A DNA stretch of 64,000 bases, from assembly GCA_047974625.1 (NCBI GenBank), contig JBKECK010000054.1:148687-212686 (forward strand), written 5' to 3'. The translations under genes were made by a program, and so were the position numbers. The notes under the pieces were generated by a model. That model saw only the letters and a program-made list of their open reading frames with translations, had not been told where the DNA came from and made no database searches. The DNA is from Acidimicrobiales bacterium. Lineage in GTDB: Bacteria > Actinomycetota > Acidimicrobiia > Acidimicrobiales > SZUA-35. This document shows, piece by piece, positions 63,235-64,000 of this stretch (position 1 is the stretch's first letter; every line of letters begins with the position of its first letter).

Positions 63235-64000
63235 ATGGCCGGCACCGGGGAACGCATGCTCGAGCTGCTCGCTCTGCTCCAGGCCCGGCACCGGTCGACG
63301 GGTGACTCGCTCGCCCGCCGCCTCGGCGTCAGCGAGCGGACGCTGCGCCGGGACGTCGAACGGCTCCGGGCCCTCGGCTACCCGGTCCACGCCGACCGTG
63401 GCGTCGACGGCGGTTACCGACTCGGCCCGGGAACCCGGCTGCCGCCGCTGCTGCTCAGCGGGGAGGAGGCCGTGGCCGTCGCCATCGGGCTCCGTCAGGC
63501 CGCCAGCCAACCTATCTCCGGCATCTCGGACGCCGCCGTGAGCGCCCTGGTCAAGATCATCGACATGCTCCCCGCCGGGGATCGCCACCAGTTCGAGGCG
63601 CTGACCACCGGCCTCCGCCCGCCGCCCGGCGCCACCCCCGACCCGGCCCAGCTCACCGATCTGGCCACCCTGACCGACCTGGCCCGAGCGGCCCGGGACG
63701 CCGTCCGGATCCGGTTCAACTACCGCGACGGGACCGGCCACCCGACCGACCGGTACGTGGAGCCCCACGAGGTCGTACCCGTCGACCGGCGATGGTACCT
63801 GGTGGCCTGGGACCTCGATCGCGACGACTGGCGGACCTTCCGACTCGACCGCATCACCGGGGTGCACACCACCCGACGAGGATTCGAGCCGCGCCGGCTG
63901 CCCGCCCCGGACGCCGCCACCTTCGTGGAACTGGCCCGGTCGTCCCAACCGCTGACCCATCGGGTCGAAGTGCTGTTGGCCGCGTCGGCGGCCGTCGTCG
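63235..64000 (+). CDS. YafY-type HTH-WYL transcriptional regulator (3' end outside window)
   Basis: Not in the ORF track because there is no stop in the window. My own translation gives MAGTGERMLELLALLQARHRSTGDSLARRLGVSERTLRRDVERLRALGYPV (HTH_11-like), then IRFNYRDGTGHPTDRYVEPHEVVPVDRRWYLVAWD (WYL domain). It starts 4 nt after the flavoprotein stop. Confidence 0.8.
   Translation, partial: MAGTGERMLELLALLQARHRSTGDSLARRLGVSERTLRRDVERLRALGYPVHADRGVDGGYRLGPGTRLPPLLLSGEEAVAVAIGLRQAASQPISGISDAAVSALVKIIDMLPAGDRHQFEALTTGLRPPPGATPDPAQLTDLATLTDLARAARDAVRIRFNYRDGTGHPTDRYVEPHEVVPVDRRWYLVAWDLDRDDWRTFRLDRITGVHTTRRGFEPRRLPAPDAATFVELARSSQPLTHRVEVLLAASAAVV

Overview
This is a 64-kb, roughly 70% GC chromosomal segment that looks actinobacterial. 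The supporting genes are a mycothiol-type MDMPI protein, an RpfB resuscitation-promoting factor, several F420/LLM oxidoreductases, and an LPXTG surface protein. The class may be Acidimicrobiia-like, but that is only an inference. I found no rRNA, tRNA, CRISPR array, transposase or integrase. About 65 CDS are supportable, tightly packed, often with 1-4 nt start/stop overlaps. Many long ORFs in the six-frame track are GC-driven antisense artefacts or over-extended N-termini, and I trimmed starts where an internal start fits better. Content is mostly accessory catabolism and transport, with many one-component regulators: 3 HxlR, 2 TetR, and one each of LysR, PadR, MmyB-like and WYL. Catabolic genes include two P450s (one CYP153-type), an alkylsulfatase-LLM pair, a catechol 2,3-dioxygenase/XylT-ferredoxin/VOC operon, an HpaB-type monooxygenase, SDRs, a CoA-transferase and an acyl-CoA synthetase. 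Transport and iron genes include modABC, SulP, MFS, LysE, a LolCDE-like FtsX ABC system and bfd-bfr. I see no canonical defence island. The most interesting non-ORF signals are listed here. (1) An unannotated ZTP (pfl-motif) riboswitch sits in front of a divergent folD paralogue, at the end of a 230-bp AT-rich ORF-free tract. (2) Three HxlR paralogues share a C-terminal Cys/His, zinc-ribbon-like extension, and each is divergent from a small-molecule enzyme gene. (3) Short tandem direct repeats are unusually dense, with at least 10 arrays. Several sit exactly in promoter, leader or terminator positions: 9 bp x4, 16 bp x3.5, 17 bp x4 and 29 bp x3. Others encode peptide repeats: (HRDPD)6, (DAQVPE)n and (EAPATEPSSET)3. 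(4) Candidate operators include a perfect 18-bp palindrome and a textbook ATAC-N7-GTAT LysR box. All homology statements come from motif recognition by eye, not from database searches.
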